A stretch of DNA of 64,000 nucleotides from an uncultured Verrucomicrobiae bacterium (GCA_963764165.1 CAVXRD010000001.1:1216001-1280000); one strand, 5' to 3'; shown: positions 31,405 to 42,388, counted from the stretch's first letter. The notes: generated from the letters alone by a model not told the origin. Program-made: numbers and translations.

Positions 31405-32121
31405 TCATCGATTAGCCTCATTTCGTCGAGGAGTCCCCTGTTTGAGCTGTCCGTCCTGCAGTTCCACCCGCCGCCCCATCAGGCTGGCCAGGTCCAGGGC
31501 GTGCGTGGCCACGATCAGCGTGACGCGTTCCTCGCGATTCAATTCTGTCAACAATCGGGCCAATCCGTCCGCGGAAGCGCGATCCAGCGCGCCCGTTGGC
31601 TCGTCCGCCAAAAGAAGGCGCGGCTGGTTGATCAAGCTGCGCACGACCGCGACACGCTGGCGCTCGCCGCCGGAAAGCTGGCCGGGGCGGTGATCAAGGC
31701 GCGCGCCCAATCCAACGCGGTCCAGCAGCCGGCGCGCGCGTTCGGGCGCGCCCTTGCGCAAATCGGCATCCTTGCAGACCAGCGTCGGAACGAGCACGTT
31801 TTCCAGCACGGTGCATTGCGGGAGAAGGTGGTGGGCCTGAAAAACCATGCCAATGCGGCGGTTGCGGAAATCCGCCAGTTGGAATTCATTCAGGTGGGCC
31901 AAATCCTGGTCTTCCAACAGCACCTGCCCGGCGGAGGGCCGATCCAGCGTGCCGATGATGTTGAGCAGCGTGCTTTTGCCCGAACCTGAAGGCCCCAGCA
32001 GCGCCACGGATTCACCAAGCGCCACGTCGAGGCTGATTCCCTTGAGGACGCTCACGGGCGGGCCATCCAAAACCGATTGGTAGGCTTTGGCCACGTCGCG
32101 AAGAACTAAAAATGCCGCCAT
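31405..32121 (-). CDS. ABC transporter ATP-binding protein (LolD-like)
   Basis: GPSGSGKST, LSGGERQRVA, LLADEPTGALD. Confidence 0.92.
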   Translation of the reverse strand: MAAFLVLRDVAKAYQSVLDGPPVSVLKGISLDVALGESVALLGPSGSGKSTLLNIIGTLDRPSAGQVLLEDQDLAHLNEFQLADFRNRRIGMVFQAHHLLPQCTVLENVLVPTLVCKDADLRKGAPERARRLLDRVGLGARLDHRPGQLSGGERQRVAVVRSLINQPRLLLADEPTGALDRASADGLARLLTELNREERVTLIVATHALDLASLMGRRVELQDGQLKQGTPRRNEANR

Positions 32122-32302
32122 GCGCAAGGTGATTTGAATGGCTTTTCCGCTTGGGCGCAACGCTTTTATTCGCCGCAGCGGAATGTAGGCTGAAGAATCC
32201 TCAGCCAGTCCCATAAGTCTCATTCGTCCTATTAGTCCCCTCTCCATGCGAGAAATGAGCCAAACGGGAACGCTTCCCTGGAGACCAAGCGCCAAAAAAG
32301 TA

Positions 32303-32492
32303 CAAAAAAAACCGGGCTTAGTGATCAGAGGGTGACCAAGAAGCCCGGGGAATTTTCGAATTTAGTACAAACGTAGGATTAGGGGTTTCTCGGTCACTGC
32401 TGTACAATTCACTGACCGAAATTCTTGCGGGCTATCAAAGAACATTCTGCATATAGCAAAACCCGCTCTAACTAACTTTTGGCCTAATCCGC
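32303..32492 (-). ncRNA. Candidate structured non-coding RNA
   Basis: TTGACT-17nt-TCAATT promoter on minus strand; ggattagg/cctaatcc closing stem enclosing two hairpins; followed by a terminator hairpin and U8. Confidence 0.5.
32304..32348 (-). terminator. Rho-independent terminator
   Basis: Minus strand ccgggctt...aagcccgg followed by 8 T. Confidence 0.75.
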
Positions 32493-32713
32493 TTCCAATT
32501 GACCACATTAAGTGGCTAAAGTCAAAGACTTTTTTTAAAATATTTTATTCAAATATTTTCACCCCATTTGCCCTGCCGAAGAGCAGAATACACCCATTTT
32601 TTGAAATGCGCCAGCGAAAGCCGAAAGTTGTGGGCAAGGGACTCTAACTTGCAGGCACCTTTGCATTCATTCTCTTTTCCCAAGTTCGATTCAATTTTCC
32701 GCATTTTTTCTCC

Positions 32714-32772
32714 AAAAATCGTGCCGAAAAACCTCTGGTAGGTTTTCTCTTTTCAGATGGATATGCCAAAGT
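32714..32772 (+). promoter_or_regulatory. Conserved dyad motif AAAACCT-CTGGT-AGGTTTT (copy 2)
   Basis: aaaaatcgtgccgaaaaacctctggtaggttttct, then 17 nt after the dyad tgccaaagt (copy 1 has tgcaaaagt at the same spacing). Confidence 0.8.
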
Positions 32773-33158
32773 GCTGCCATGACGACGATAGGTCGAATGA
32801 GGCTCAGCGGCCCAAGCGGTGCGCTTTCGGAACTTCGGAAGCGGCGTGGGATTCTCGCGCCCTGGTGCTTTTTGATTTTTTCGCGGCCTTTTTGCAATCG
32901 CGCCGTCCCGCCGTGTCCGCGCCAGCATATTTTCCTGTGTGCCCGACCACGACGGCTTGACTGCCGCGCCCTCGGAGATTTGCAAATCCCCGGTTCGCGC
33001 CCGCCCCGATCACAATCAGGCAAAGATGGATCATTCAAAGCTGTTCAATGCTAATAAAGACATGAATCACAAACTGAGCGGACCGAATGCAACCAACTTT
33101 GCAAGAAACCGGGATGCGCCCGTCCCCAAATTGGGCAGCAACCCCGCCACTTGTGTAA

Positions 33159-33623
<465 letters not shown>

Positions 33624-33838
33624 ATTTTTGAAGTCCTCGCCGGCTTTTGCCCGCGAGGATGATTTGTCTGCGGACGGAAAACGAAACGGCAGGAAATTTT
33701 TATGAGATATTTCAACGAATGCGGCCTTTTGGAGCAGGATGTTGTAGCAGGCCGATTAATGATGGCGGTGTGGCGTGGCCACCCATTTTTTTGGGCCGAA
33801 AGCTCGCCCGCGCAACGGATTTCAGAGGAAAAGCCCCT

Positions 33839-34141
33839 TGTGAATAACTCGTGAATAAGAGTTAATATGTTCTCCTAGCTTGGCTGGCGCGCATCCGTTA
33901 AAACACTCTCGCCAGCCAGAATTGGAAGACGGATTCCAGCAGCGGCAGCAAACTATTGAGACGCACGCAAATTGTATCCAATGCAATTACCTCACAATAA
34001 ATCACTTGCAACACACTTTCATGGCCCACTCGAAACGGAGTTGACGGCGTCCTCCGGCCTGCGGAAGAATGGCGCGAGACCAGCGCTGTTCCCGTTGTGC
34101 GAAAAGCACTTTGGGTTTGCCAAGACTGTGCTGGTGAATAA
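33839..34141. promoter_or_regulatory. DnaA boxes upstream of dnaA
   Basis: tgtgaataa (33839-33847, matches TTATNCACA reverse), cgtgaataa (33850-33858), ggtgaataa (34133-34141). Confidence 0.6.
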
Positions 34142-34183
34142 ATGTTGCAATTGAACAGTTTCCCGCCTTCTGGCGGCATCGAC

Positions 34184-35557
34184 ATGCAATTATCGGCGGA
34201 CACCGTTTGGGCGATCGCGCAACAGCAGTTGCGCGCCTTGTTGAACACAGATATTTATAATCTGTGGTTCCTTCCGATCAAGGCCATCGCGCTCGACGAA
34301 GAGACGCTGACGCTCGAAGTCGCCAACGACTTCTGCGAGGTTTGGCTCAAGGATAACTATCTCGGCCTGATTCACGACACCCTGGCCCACGCTTCGGGCC
34401 AGCATCTCAAGGTGAAGTTTCAGGTGAATCCCGCCGTGGCCGCCGCTGGCAGCCTCGCCGCCCCGGAACCGAAACAGCACAAGGCCAAGGCGCCGGTGGA
34501 ATCGCCGGACAAGAACAATCCGGCCGCCGTTCGTGAAGCGGCTTTTAATCCGAAAAATACATTTGACACATTCGTGGTGGGCGACAACAACAATCATGCC
34601 CATGCCGCCGCGATGGCTGTCTCGCAGGCGCCCGGCAAATCGTATAATCCCCTCTTCCTGTTTGGCGGAGTCGGCCTCGGCAAGACCCATTTGCTTCACG
34701 CCATTGGACAGCACATCGGCGCCGCCAAGAAAACGGCCCGCGTGATGTATCTTTCCTCGGAGAAATTCACCAACGAATACATCGACGCGATTCAAAACAA
34801 TCAGCTCGTCCGCTTTCGACGCAAATACCGCCAGGCGGATGTCTTGCTGATTGACGACATTCAATTTCTGGCCGGCAAGGAACGCATCCAGGAGGAGTTT
34901 TTCCACACGTTCAACGCCTTGCACGAGGCGCGCAAACAAATCGTATTGACGTGCGACCGCCCGGCGGCCGAAATCCAAAATCTGGAGCACCGCCTCGTCT
35001 CCCGCTTCGAGTGGGGCCTCGTCACCGAGATGCAGCCGCCGGACGTCGAGACCCGCATGGCGATTTTGCGGAAGAAGGAAAAGGCGATGGGCGTGGAACT
35101 GCCCGATGACATCATCAATTTCCTTGCCAGCCGCATTCGCACCAATATTCGCCGCCTGGAAGGCGCGCTGATCCGCGTGGCCTCGTTCGCTTCCTTGACC
35201 GGCAAGAAAGTGACGCTGCAAACCGTGGAAGGTTTGCTGCGCGAAGTGCTTCACGAAGAGGGCCGCTTCACTGTCAATATTGATATTATTCAGAAGAAAG
35301 TCGCCGAGCACTTCGACCTTCGCATTTCCGATATGACCAGCAAGCGCCGTCCGGAGAACATCGCTTTTCCGCGGCAGATTGCCATGTTCCTGGCCCGGCA
35401 AATGACGGAAAGCTCTCTCAACGCCATCGGCGAGGCCTTTGGCGGCCGCGATCACGGCACCGTTCTTCACGCCTGCCGATTGGTGAAGGATCGCATGGAA
35501 GTCGATTCGCACGTCCGCCAAGTCGTCAATTACCTCGAAAAACAGCTCTTGCGCTAG
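34184..35557 (+). CDS. dnaA: Chromosomal replication initiator DnaA
   Basis: YNPLFLFGGVGLGKTHL, LLIDDIQF, QEEFFHTFN, RLVSRFEWGL, FGGRDHGTVLHA. Confidence 0.98.
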   Translation: MQLSADTVWAIAQQQLRALLNTDIYNLWFLPIKAIALDEETLTLEVANDFCEVWLKDNYLGLIHDTLAHASGQHLKVKFQVNPAVAAAGSLAAPEPKQHKAKAPVESPDKNNPAAVREAAFNPKNTFDTFVVGDNNNHAHAAAMAVSQAPGKSYNPLFLFGGVGLGKTHLLHAIGQHIGAAKKTARVMYLSSEKFTNEYIDAIQNNQLVRFRRKYRQADVLLIDDIQFLAGKERIQEEFFHTFNALHEARKQIVLTCDRPAAEIQNLEHRLVSRFEWGLVTEMQPPDVETRMAILRKKEKAMGVELPDDIINFLASRIRTNIRRLEGALIRVASFASLTGKKVTLQTVEGLLREVLHEEGRFTVNIDIIQKKVAEHFDLRISDMTSKRRPENIAFPRQIAMFLARQMTESSLNAIGEAFGGRDHGTVLHACRLVKDRMEVDSHVRQVVNYLEKQLLR

Positions 35558-35566
35558 AAAGCCGGG

Positions 35567-36544
35567 ATGGCCCTGATCGAAGTCCAGGCACTGACCAAGG
35601 CATTCCGCACCTACAAAAAGGAACCGGGTTTTCGTGGGGCCGTCCGCGGCCTTTTCAATCGAAAATACGAGCAAACCCTCGCCGTCGACAATGTCAGCTT
35701 CTCGGTCGAGCAAGGCGAACTCGTCGGTTTTCTCGGCCCCAATGGCGCGGGCAAAACCACCACGCTCAAAATGCTGGCCGGCCTGATCCACCCCACCACC
35801 GGCACCGCGCGAGTCCTGGATTTCGTCCCCTGGGAGCGGCAGGACGGCTACCGCCGACAATTCGCGCTTTTGCTCGGCCAAAAAAACCAGCTTTGGTGGG
35901 ATTTGCCGGCGCGCGAATCGCTCGAGTTGAACGGAAAAATTTACGGCATTCCCGACGCCGATTTCAAACGCACGGTCGACGAATTGACCGATCTCCTGGC
36001 CGTTCGCGACAAGCTGGGAATCATGGTGAGGGAACTTTCGCTGGGCGAGCGGATGAAAATGGAATTGATCGCCGCCCTGCTCCACGAGCCCAAAGTTCTT
36101 TACCTCGACGAGCCAACCATCGGGCTGGACGTCGTTTCTCAAAAAACGGTGCGCGATTTTCTCCGCCACCACAACACGAAGCGCAAAACAACCATCCTCT
36201 TGACAAGCCATTACATGACGGACATCCAGGAGTTGTGCCAGCGCGTCATCATTATTGACAAGGGGAAGATTTCGTTTGATGGCCGGCTGGGGGAAATTGT
36301 GGATCGCTTCGCCGATTTCAAAATTCTCACCATCGCATGGCAGACGGGAGCGACCTTCGCTCCGGTGGAATTTGGACGGTTCGGCGAAATCGTGGAGAAC
36401 AGCCCTCACCGCGTTCAGCTCAAGGTGAAGCGCGACCAGGTCATCGCCGTTTGCAAGGAATTGCTCGATAAAATTCCTGTCAACGATATTGATATCCAGG
36501 AAGTGCCGATTGAGGATGTCATCCGCCAGATTTTTGCCCGATGA
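35567..36544 (+). CDS. ABC-2 type transporter ATP-binding protein
   Basis: GPNGAGKTT, LSLGERMK, LDEPTIGLD. Confidence 0.92.
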   Translation: MALIEVQALTKAFRTYKKEPGFRGAVRGLFNRKYEQTLAVDNVSFSVEQGELVGFLGPNGAGKTTTLKMLAGLIHPTTGTARVLDFVPWERQDGYRRQFALLLGQKNQLWWDLPARESLELNGKIYGIPDADFKRTVDELTDLLAVRDKLGIMVRELSLGERMKMELIAALLHEPKVLYLDEPTIGLDVVSQKTVRDFLRHHNTKRKTTILLTSHYMTDIQELCQRVIIIDKGKISFDGRLGEIVDRFADFKILTIAWQTGATFAPVEFGRFGEIVENSPHRVQLKVKRDQVIAVCKELLDKIPVNDIDIQEVPIEDVIRQIFAR

Positions 36545-37281
36545 CACAGGAACACTTGATCAAGGCGGCGCGCGAATTGGCGGCAAAAACAGGCAAGCTC
36601 AAATTCGCCGCGCCCGTTTCGCATGTCTACAATCCCCTGCTCTACGCCTGGGCCGGCCATGAAATGTACCTGCGCCGATTCGGCCTGGGGCCGAAGGAAG
36701 TCATTTTCCTCGGCATGAATCCGGGTCCGTTCGGCATGGCGCAAACGGGCGTGCCCTTCGGGGAAATCGCCGCCGTGCGGGATTGGATGCAAATCACCGC
36801 CGCCATCCAGCGCCCGTCGCGGGAACATCCCAAACGCCCCGTCCTCGGCTTCGAGTGCGCGCGTTCGGAAATCAGCGGATTTCGATTGTGGGGCTTGTTC
36901 GCGAAACGATTTGGGACGCCGGAGAAATATTTCGAGCGCCATTTTGTTGTCAACTATTGCCCGCTGGCGTTTCTCGCGGAATCCGGCGCCAATTTGACGC
37001 CGGACAAATTGCCCGCCGCCGAGCGTGAAGCATTGGACAAACTTTGCCGTCTTCACTTGCAGCGCGTCCTGGAAATCCTGCAACCCAAATGGATTATCGG
37101 CATCGGCGGATTTGCCAAGGAGCGGGCGGAGCTTGCGGCGGAAGGTTTGGACGTAAAGGTCGGCCAGATTTTGCATCCCAGCCCGGCATCGCCTGCCGCC
37201 AACCGCGGGTGGGAAAAGAAAGCCGCGGAGCAGCTAGAGGCACTGGGTGTGTGGCCCGCGCGCAGGGCAGACGCATCTTAA
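36541..37281 (+). CDS. SMUG1-family uracil-DNA glycosylase
   Basis: GMNPGPFGMAQTGVPFG, SEISG.RLW, NYCPL.F, HPSPASP. Confidence 0.92.
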   Translation: MTQEHLIKAARELAAKTGKLKFAAPVSHVYNPLLYAWAGHEMYLRRFGLGPKEVIFLGMNPGPFGMAQTGVPFGEIAAVRDWMQITAAIQRPSREHPKRPVLGFECARSEISGFRLWGLFAKRFGTPEKYFERHFVVNYCPLAFLAESGANLTPDKLPAAEREALDKLCRLHLQRVLEILQPKWIIGIGGFAKERAELAAEGLDVKVGQILHPSPASPAANRGWEKKAAEQLEALGVWPARRADAS

Positions 37282-37598
37282 TTCTTGCAATCCATTGAAA
37301 ATCAACGAGCGCCAGCCAATCGTTGATTGGTAGGGACGCCTCGCCGAGGCGTCCGGGGTGAGGCATAATTCACGTACAATGCCAAAGGGATTGTCACGCG
37401 CAACCGGACGCCTCGGCGGAGTCTGTCTCAAAACTCAAAAACGGCTTCAAAAAGCACCACCAAAACACCCTCGCCGAAAATAAAAATGCGCCATATCGCA
37501 AATGAGAGAGTCGTAGTATTGACACACTTTGAGGATTTTGCAGTTTTAAGACAATCTCGGCGAGGCGTCCCTACCTCGGAATTAAGATGCGTCTGCCC
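37265..37598. repeat. Nested repeat: GGGCAGACGCATCTTAATTC inverted ends enclosing a REP pair
   Basis: Perfect 20-bp IR at 37265-37284 and 37579-37598; REP pair at 37330-37575. Confidence 0.8.
37419..37558. mobile_element. 140-bp MITE with IS1182-like ends inserted in a REP
   Basis: Ends gagtctgtctcaaaac / gttttaagacaatctc; TSD ggcg (37415-37418, 37559-37562). Confidence 0.85.
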
Positions 37599-37616
37599 CG
37601 GGGCCTCTTGATCCGT

Positions 37617-38372
37617 CTACTTGACTGAATTCACCAGCGGCGAAAGCCCTTGGATCCGCACTTCCAGCTTGTCGCCGGATTTAATCGGCCCCACCCCGCT
37701 CGGCGTGCCGGTCAGGATCACATCGCCCGGCAGCAGCGTCAGGTTGGTGGAGACAAAACTTACGATCTGAAACGGATTGAAAATGAGCTGGCTCGTGGTC
37801 GAGTTCTGGCGCAACTGGCCGTTTTGGAACAATTGGATTGTTAAGTTGCGCGGGTCAAGATTCGTTTCGACGCAGGGCCCGAGCGGAGTGAACGTGTCAA
37901 ATGATTTGGCGCGCGCATATTGAGTCTCGGAGTTCTGAATCGTGCGATCGCTGATGTCCTGCGCGGATGTGTATCCAAAAATATATCGCGAAGCCGCCGT
38001 TGGGGAAACATTGCGCGTCTTGCGGCCAATGACGATGGTGAGTTCTGCCTCAAAGTCGGTGCGATGCTCGGGGAACGGAATCTCGATTTTCGCGCCATCG
38101 GGAATCAGGGAGGTCGGGGACTTCAGCCAAAACAGCGGCTCTTTCGGCAGTGGCTTGTTTTGTTCGCGGGCGTGGTCGGCGTAATTGAGTCCGATGGCGA
38201 TGAGTTTGGAGGGAGCGACCGGCGTCAGTATTTTCAGGCCCTTCGACGGGGTCGGCTTTTTATCGTAAGTGGGAGACCCAAAAATATCACCATGCGCGCG
38301 GAAGATTTCGCCTTCCACCACTTTCGCGTAAAAAATGTCTTCACCCTTCTGAAAACGGCCAATAGCAGGCAT
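37617..38372 (-). CDS. Fumarylacetoacetate hydrolase family protein
   Basis: IGLNYADH, DFEAEL, RAKSFDTFTPLGP, LLPGDVILTGTPSGVG. Confidence 0.93.
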   Translation of the reverse strand: MPAIGRFQKGEDIFYAKVVEGEIFRAHGDIFGSPTYDKKPTPSKGLKILTPVAPSKLIAIGLNYADHAREQNKPLPKEPLFWLKSPTSLIPDGAKIEIPFPEHRTDFEAELTIVIGRKTRNVSPTAASRYIFGYTSAQDISDRTIQNSETQYARAKSFDTFTPLGPCVETNLDPRNLTIQLFQNGQLRQNSTTSQLIFNPFQIVSFVSTNLTLLPGDVILTGTPSGVGPIKSGDKLEVRIQGLSPLVNSVK

Positions 38373-38473
38373 AAAGTGTGTCTATTTTAACAATTCGCGG
38401 ACAGCTTCGCAAGGTGAATTGCCGAGACTTAGAAGGTAGCCTCGGCGAGGCGTCCCTGCCTCGAAGCATTTTC

Positions 38474-39715
38474 CTACACCAGCTCTGCCTCAACAATCTC
38501 CCGCGGAGGCGCGGTCAGCGGCATTCCATTCGCATCTTCCGGATATTCAAAAACGCGGCCCTCAAAGTTCCGAATGATGACGCGATCCTTGTTCCGGCTC
38601 AGCACATAATCAGGATTGATCGGCACCTTGCCGCCGCCGCCGGGAGCGTCAATAACATATTGCGGCACCGCGTAGCCGGTCGTGTGGCCGCGCAGATTTT
38701 CCATGATATCCAATCCGGTGCGGACGCTCGCGCGCAAGTGCGCCGAGCCTGAAATCAAATCGCATTGGTAGATGTAATACGGCCGCACCCGGCACATGAG
38801 CAATTTCTGCATCAGCGCCTTCATCACGACCGGCGTATCGTTTACTTGACGCAACAACACCGTCTGGTTGCCCAGCGGAATGCCCGCATCGGCCAGCCGC
38901 CCGAGCCCCGCCCGCACTTCCTCGGTCAATTCGCGCGGATGGTTCGAGTGGATGCTGATGAACAGCGGATGATATTTGCGAAGCATCGCGCACAATTCCG
39001 GCGTGATGCGCTGCGGCAGGAAAATCGGAATTCGCGTGCCAATGCGCAAAAATTCAACGTGCGGAATCGCCCGCAGGCGGCTCAATAAAAATTCCAGTTT
39101 GTCATCACTCAGCAATAGCGGGTCGCCCCCGCTCAACAGCACATCGCGAATTTCCGGGTGCCTGGTCACGTATTCGATCTGCCGCTCAAATTCAGGATGA
39201 AAATCGTAGCCGGTGGCATTGCTCACCATGCGCGAGCGCGTGCAATAACGGCAGTAAGCTGCGCAACGGTCCGTCACCAGGAAAAGCACGCGATCCGGAT
39301 AGCGATGAACCAATCCGGGCACGGGCGAATGCGAATCTTCGCCGCACGGATCGCTCATTTCCCACGGAGCCGTGAAAGTCTCTTCGACCCGCGGCACAAC
39401 CTGCCGCCGAATCGGGCAATTCTCATCCGCAGTGTCAATCAAATTGAAAAAATAAGGCGTGATGGCCAGGGCCAGTTTGTGATTGGCCAGGACGGTGCCT
39501 TCATACTCTTCGGGAGTGAGGGTGGGCAGGAATCGCTGCAATTTCTCAACGGTCGTAATGCGATTCTTAAGCTGCCAGCGCCAGTCATTCCAGTCGCTAT
39601 CTGGAACATCCGGCCAGAATCCGCGGCCGGCGGATTGGAATTGTTTCAAGGAGTGAAAAACAGCGGAATCGGGGTCCTCCGGTTCCGCTTGTCCTGCAAG
39701 TATGTGACTTTGCAT
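38474..39715 (-). CDS. KamA-family radical SAM protein (lysine 2,3-aminomutase-like)
   Basis: GLVHRYPDRVL, CAAYCRYCTR, LSGGDPL, YVIDAPGGGGK. Confidence 0.93.
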   Translation of the reverse strand: MQSHILAGQAEPEDPDSAVFHSLKQFQSAGRGFWPDVPDSDWNDWRWQLKNRITTVEKLQRFLPTLTPEEYEGTVLANHKLALAITPYFFNLIDTADENCPIRRQVVPRVEETFTAPWEMSDPCGEDSHSPVPGLVHRYPDRVLFLVTDRCAAYCRYCTRSRMVSNATGYDFHPEFERQIEYVTRHPEIRDVLLSGGDPLLLSDDKLEFLLSRLRAIPHVEFLRIGTRIPIFLPQRITPELCAMLRKYHPLFISIHSNHPRELTEEVRAGLGRLADAGIPLGNQTVLLRQVNDTPVVMKALMQKLLMCRVRPYYIYQCDLISGSAHLRASVRTGLDIMENLRGHTTGYAVPQYVIDAPGGGGKVPINPDYVLSRNKDRVIIRNFEGRVFEYPEDANGMPLTAPPREIVEAELV

Positions 39716-39834
39716 TTTGTGGCACTATAAGATTGATCGGAAATGTGTCAAGGCAGCCAGTTTGCGGGGTAAACGCCCCACTGACAAGCGTGTCGTTGGT
39801 TGACAGGGCGAATCGAAAAAGGCAGGTTCTGGAT

Positions 39835-40935
39835 GTGAGGCACAGATTTCTCATAACCAAATCCATTCAGACGCCTGACCGCGCAAAGGGTGCGGTTCTT
39901 TTTTCGATACTCGCATTTCTGCTTTGCTCGCTGTCCGCTTTCGCAGACGGAGCACCTACTCCAGCCGATATCTTGCTGGAAGCACACACCAAAGCCTTCC
40001 TCGAGACCACCAACAACCGCGTCTGTTTCCGTGAATTCAGCGATGGATCAAAACCCTCCGAGTTCTGGACAAGCGCGGAGTTGATGGAAATGGAATTGGA
40101 CGCCTACGAACGCACCCACAACCCAAATCAACTTTCCATTTTCACGAATTTATTCAAAGGCTTCATTGCCAGGCGCGGGCGCAACTGGCAGAAAAACGAT
40201 TTCAATGACGACATCATGTGGATGGTGATCGCCTGCTCGCGCGCTTACCTGCTCTCCGGCGACAAGGAGTTCCGCGACGCCGCCAAGTCGAATTTCGACA
40301 TGTGTTACGCGCGTGCCTGGTCGACGAACCTCGGCGGCGGGTTGTGGTGGAAGACTGACAACAAATCAAAGAACGCGTGCGTGGAAGGGCCTGGCGCCAT
40401 CGCCGCCGTGCTGGTGGGGCGCAGCTACAACGATTCGTCCTACCTGGCCAAAGCCTCCAACATCTTCCGATGGGAAATGTCAAAATTGTTCAACGCCGAG
40501 ACAGGTCAAGTATACGATAACATCCGCCGCAACGGCAAAATAGGCGAGCACGCATTCACCTACAACGAAGGCACCTTTATCGGCGCGGCCAATTTGCTGG
40601 GCTACACAAATGAAGCGATGAAGGCGGCGACCTTTACCATGAATCATCTTTGCACAGATGGCATCCTGCCAACCTACGGCGAGACGAACGACGCCGGCGG
40701 GTTCAACGGCATCTTCGTGCGCTGGGGCGTCCGCTTCATGAAAGATCGCCACGCCGAACAAACCCTCGAACCATGGCTTGAAAAAAACGCGATTGCCGCG
40801 TGGAAATCCCGCCGCGCCTCAGACAATCTTTCGTGGAACAACTGGCTGCAGCCCACTCCCGACGGCCCGCGTAATTCATGGGGCTGCAGTGATTCCGTAG
40901 TGTTGCTGCAACTGGTGCCGATCAAGGAACCGTGA
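39835..40935 (+). CDS. Glycoside hydrolase family 76 protein
   Basis: FNDDIMW, GGGLWW, SKNAC, FTYNEGTFIGAA, F.GIFVR; signal-like segment. Start uncertain. Confidence 0.88.
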   Translation: MRHRFLITKSIQTPDRAKGAVLFSILAFLLCSLSAFADGAPTPADILLEAHTKAFLETTNNRVCFREFSDGSKPSEFWTSAELMEMELDAYERTHNPNQLSIFTNLFKGFIARRGRNWQKNDFNDDIMWMVIACSRAYLLSGDKEFRDAAKSNFDMCYARAWSTNLGGGLWWKTDNKSKNACVEGPGAIAAVLVGRSYNDSSYLAKASNIFRWEMSKLFNAETGQVYDNIRRNGKIGEHAFTYNEGTFIGAANLLGYTNEAMKAATFTMNHLCTDGILPTYGETNDAGGFNGIFVRWGVRFMKDRHAEQTLEPWLEKNAIAAWKSRRASDNLSWNNWLQPTPDGPRNSWGCSDSVVLLQLVPIKEP

Positions 40936-41310
40936 CGCCTTATCTTACGAAGCGCAGCGGCAGCATCCCGGCAGGGATGCAAGATTGTAGCCGGTGGTTG
41001 AGCGAAGGGACACCACCGGAAAATGTCCCAAAAATCCTCCCGCATCCTGAAAGGATGCCAGCCGCAGCCCGCTGTCATCCCTGCCGGGATGAATCATTAT
41101 TATCGTTTTTTCCGGTGGTGTCGCTTCGCTCAACCACCGGCTACACTCTGTGACGCCTCCGGCATCGGCCGCGCAATCTGCTCCGACACCCCAGCAAGTT
41201 CATTGGCTCTTCTCACCAATTGTATTGGTCGGGGCCTCCTGCCGAGCCACGCCTACGCCGATGGCTCAGCAGCCTCGCCCTGCACGCAGTAACGCGCCAT
41301 CGCCGACTGT

Positions 41311-41628
41311 TCATGTCTTGATTCGATTCAATGCGCGACGCGCTCGATCGCACGGACTGCCTGGCTTCAGATCTGTCGTTCCATCGCCCTTCATGCACGG
41401 CCATCGAACAGTGCGGCCAATTGGACCAGCGATCTTGTGAACCAAATCTCCAAGCCCCTGCCCCATTGAAAACTCCCGCCGGATCGCCTCGTAATCGGAT
41501 TCGCTCAGTTGCAGGAATTGTTCGCCGTTGCGGTCAACGAGTTTTCCTCTTGACAGGCAGGCGTCGAGGTAGCCGGGCTTGCGGGCGGCGGCGGCCGACG
41601 GCGCGTGTTTCATGCTAAGATATTTCAT
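41311..41628 (-). CDS. Small Cys-containing phage-type protein
   Basis: GLGDLVHKIA...C...CDRARRALN motif; ATGA overlap with upstream gene. Confidence 0.7.
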   Translation of the reverse strand: MKYLSMKHAPSAAAARKPGYLDACLSRGKLVDRNGEQFLQLSESDYEAIRREFSMGQGLGDLVHKIAGPIGRTVRWPCMKGDGTTDLKPGSPCDRARRALNRIKT

Positions 41629-42371
41629 GGCCATTCCGCGGCGCCGGTAAATGGATCGTCGGGGGGCGCGTCGCAAGTCTGGCTCGGATTCCAGCTTGAG
41701 CCAAAGCCCGCGAAAACCCCGTTCGTCGGCGTAAGACTCGCCAGATCAGGCAAGATCGACATATTGCCGGATCCGAATATCCCGTAAGGCGGCAAACTCG
41801 CGCCGGGTTGAATAATTCCGAGCCAATACTGCTGCACCTGGATGGTGTCGTCCATCGTTGGATCAGGAATCGGCAGGTCCACGATCATAGGATATTGGTC
41901 ATCGGATTGCTGGGGGTAAATGCAGCCGCGCGCAAACCAGTTGACGCTTTGGCCGCAATTCGGCTCCGGCGAAATGTTAATGCTCGTGCCATACGCGATC
42001 ACGTAGTAAGCGGTCGGCAGCGGCAGGTAGAATTGCGATTTATAGACCGTCGGCACACTGCACGGCTGGCAGCAAACGCACGCGGTATAGTCCGGATTCC
42101 AGCCAACGCATTGGGTGAAATTTTCCGGATAGCCAATGCCCGAGGTGCAGCCATTGGTCGCCAGATTGTCCGGGGAAGTGTGGCCCGGATCGCTGAAATA
42201 GCCTGTCAAGCGATTACCCCAAGGCACCGTGGTGATGTCGTAGGCATTCGTCCAATTGATGATGTTCGTTGGATCGCCACCCGGGCCAAGTTCGGCCCCG
42301 ACGCAGCGCATCATGTAACCGCAATTGGCGCAGCCGCAGGCGGAAGAGGCCGCTATTGTCATGTCAATCAT
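41625..42371 (-). CDS. Cys-rich hypothetical protein (possible tail-tip component)
   Basis: 248 aa, CGCANC and CVCCQPC; position at distal end of tail region. Confidence 0.65.
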   Translation of the reverse strand: MIDMTIAASSACGCANCGYMMRCVGAELGPGGDPTNIINWTNAYDITTVPWGNRLTGYFSDPGHTSPDNLATNGCTSGIGYPENFTQCVGWNPDYTACVCCQPCSVPTVYKSQFYLPLPTAYYVIAYGTSINISPEPNCGQSVNWFARGCIYPQQSDDQYPMIVDLPIPDPTMDDTIQVQQYWLGIIQPGASLPPYGIFGSGNMSILPDLASLTPTNGVFAGFGSSWNPSQTCDAPPDDPFTGAAEWP

Positions 42372-42388
42372 AATACAAAAGCTTTCAA

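Noticed and set aside
34190..36547. 785-aa minus-strand ORF
   Set aside because: Antisense shadow of dnaA and the ABC ATPase.
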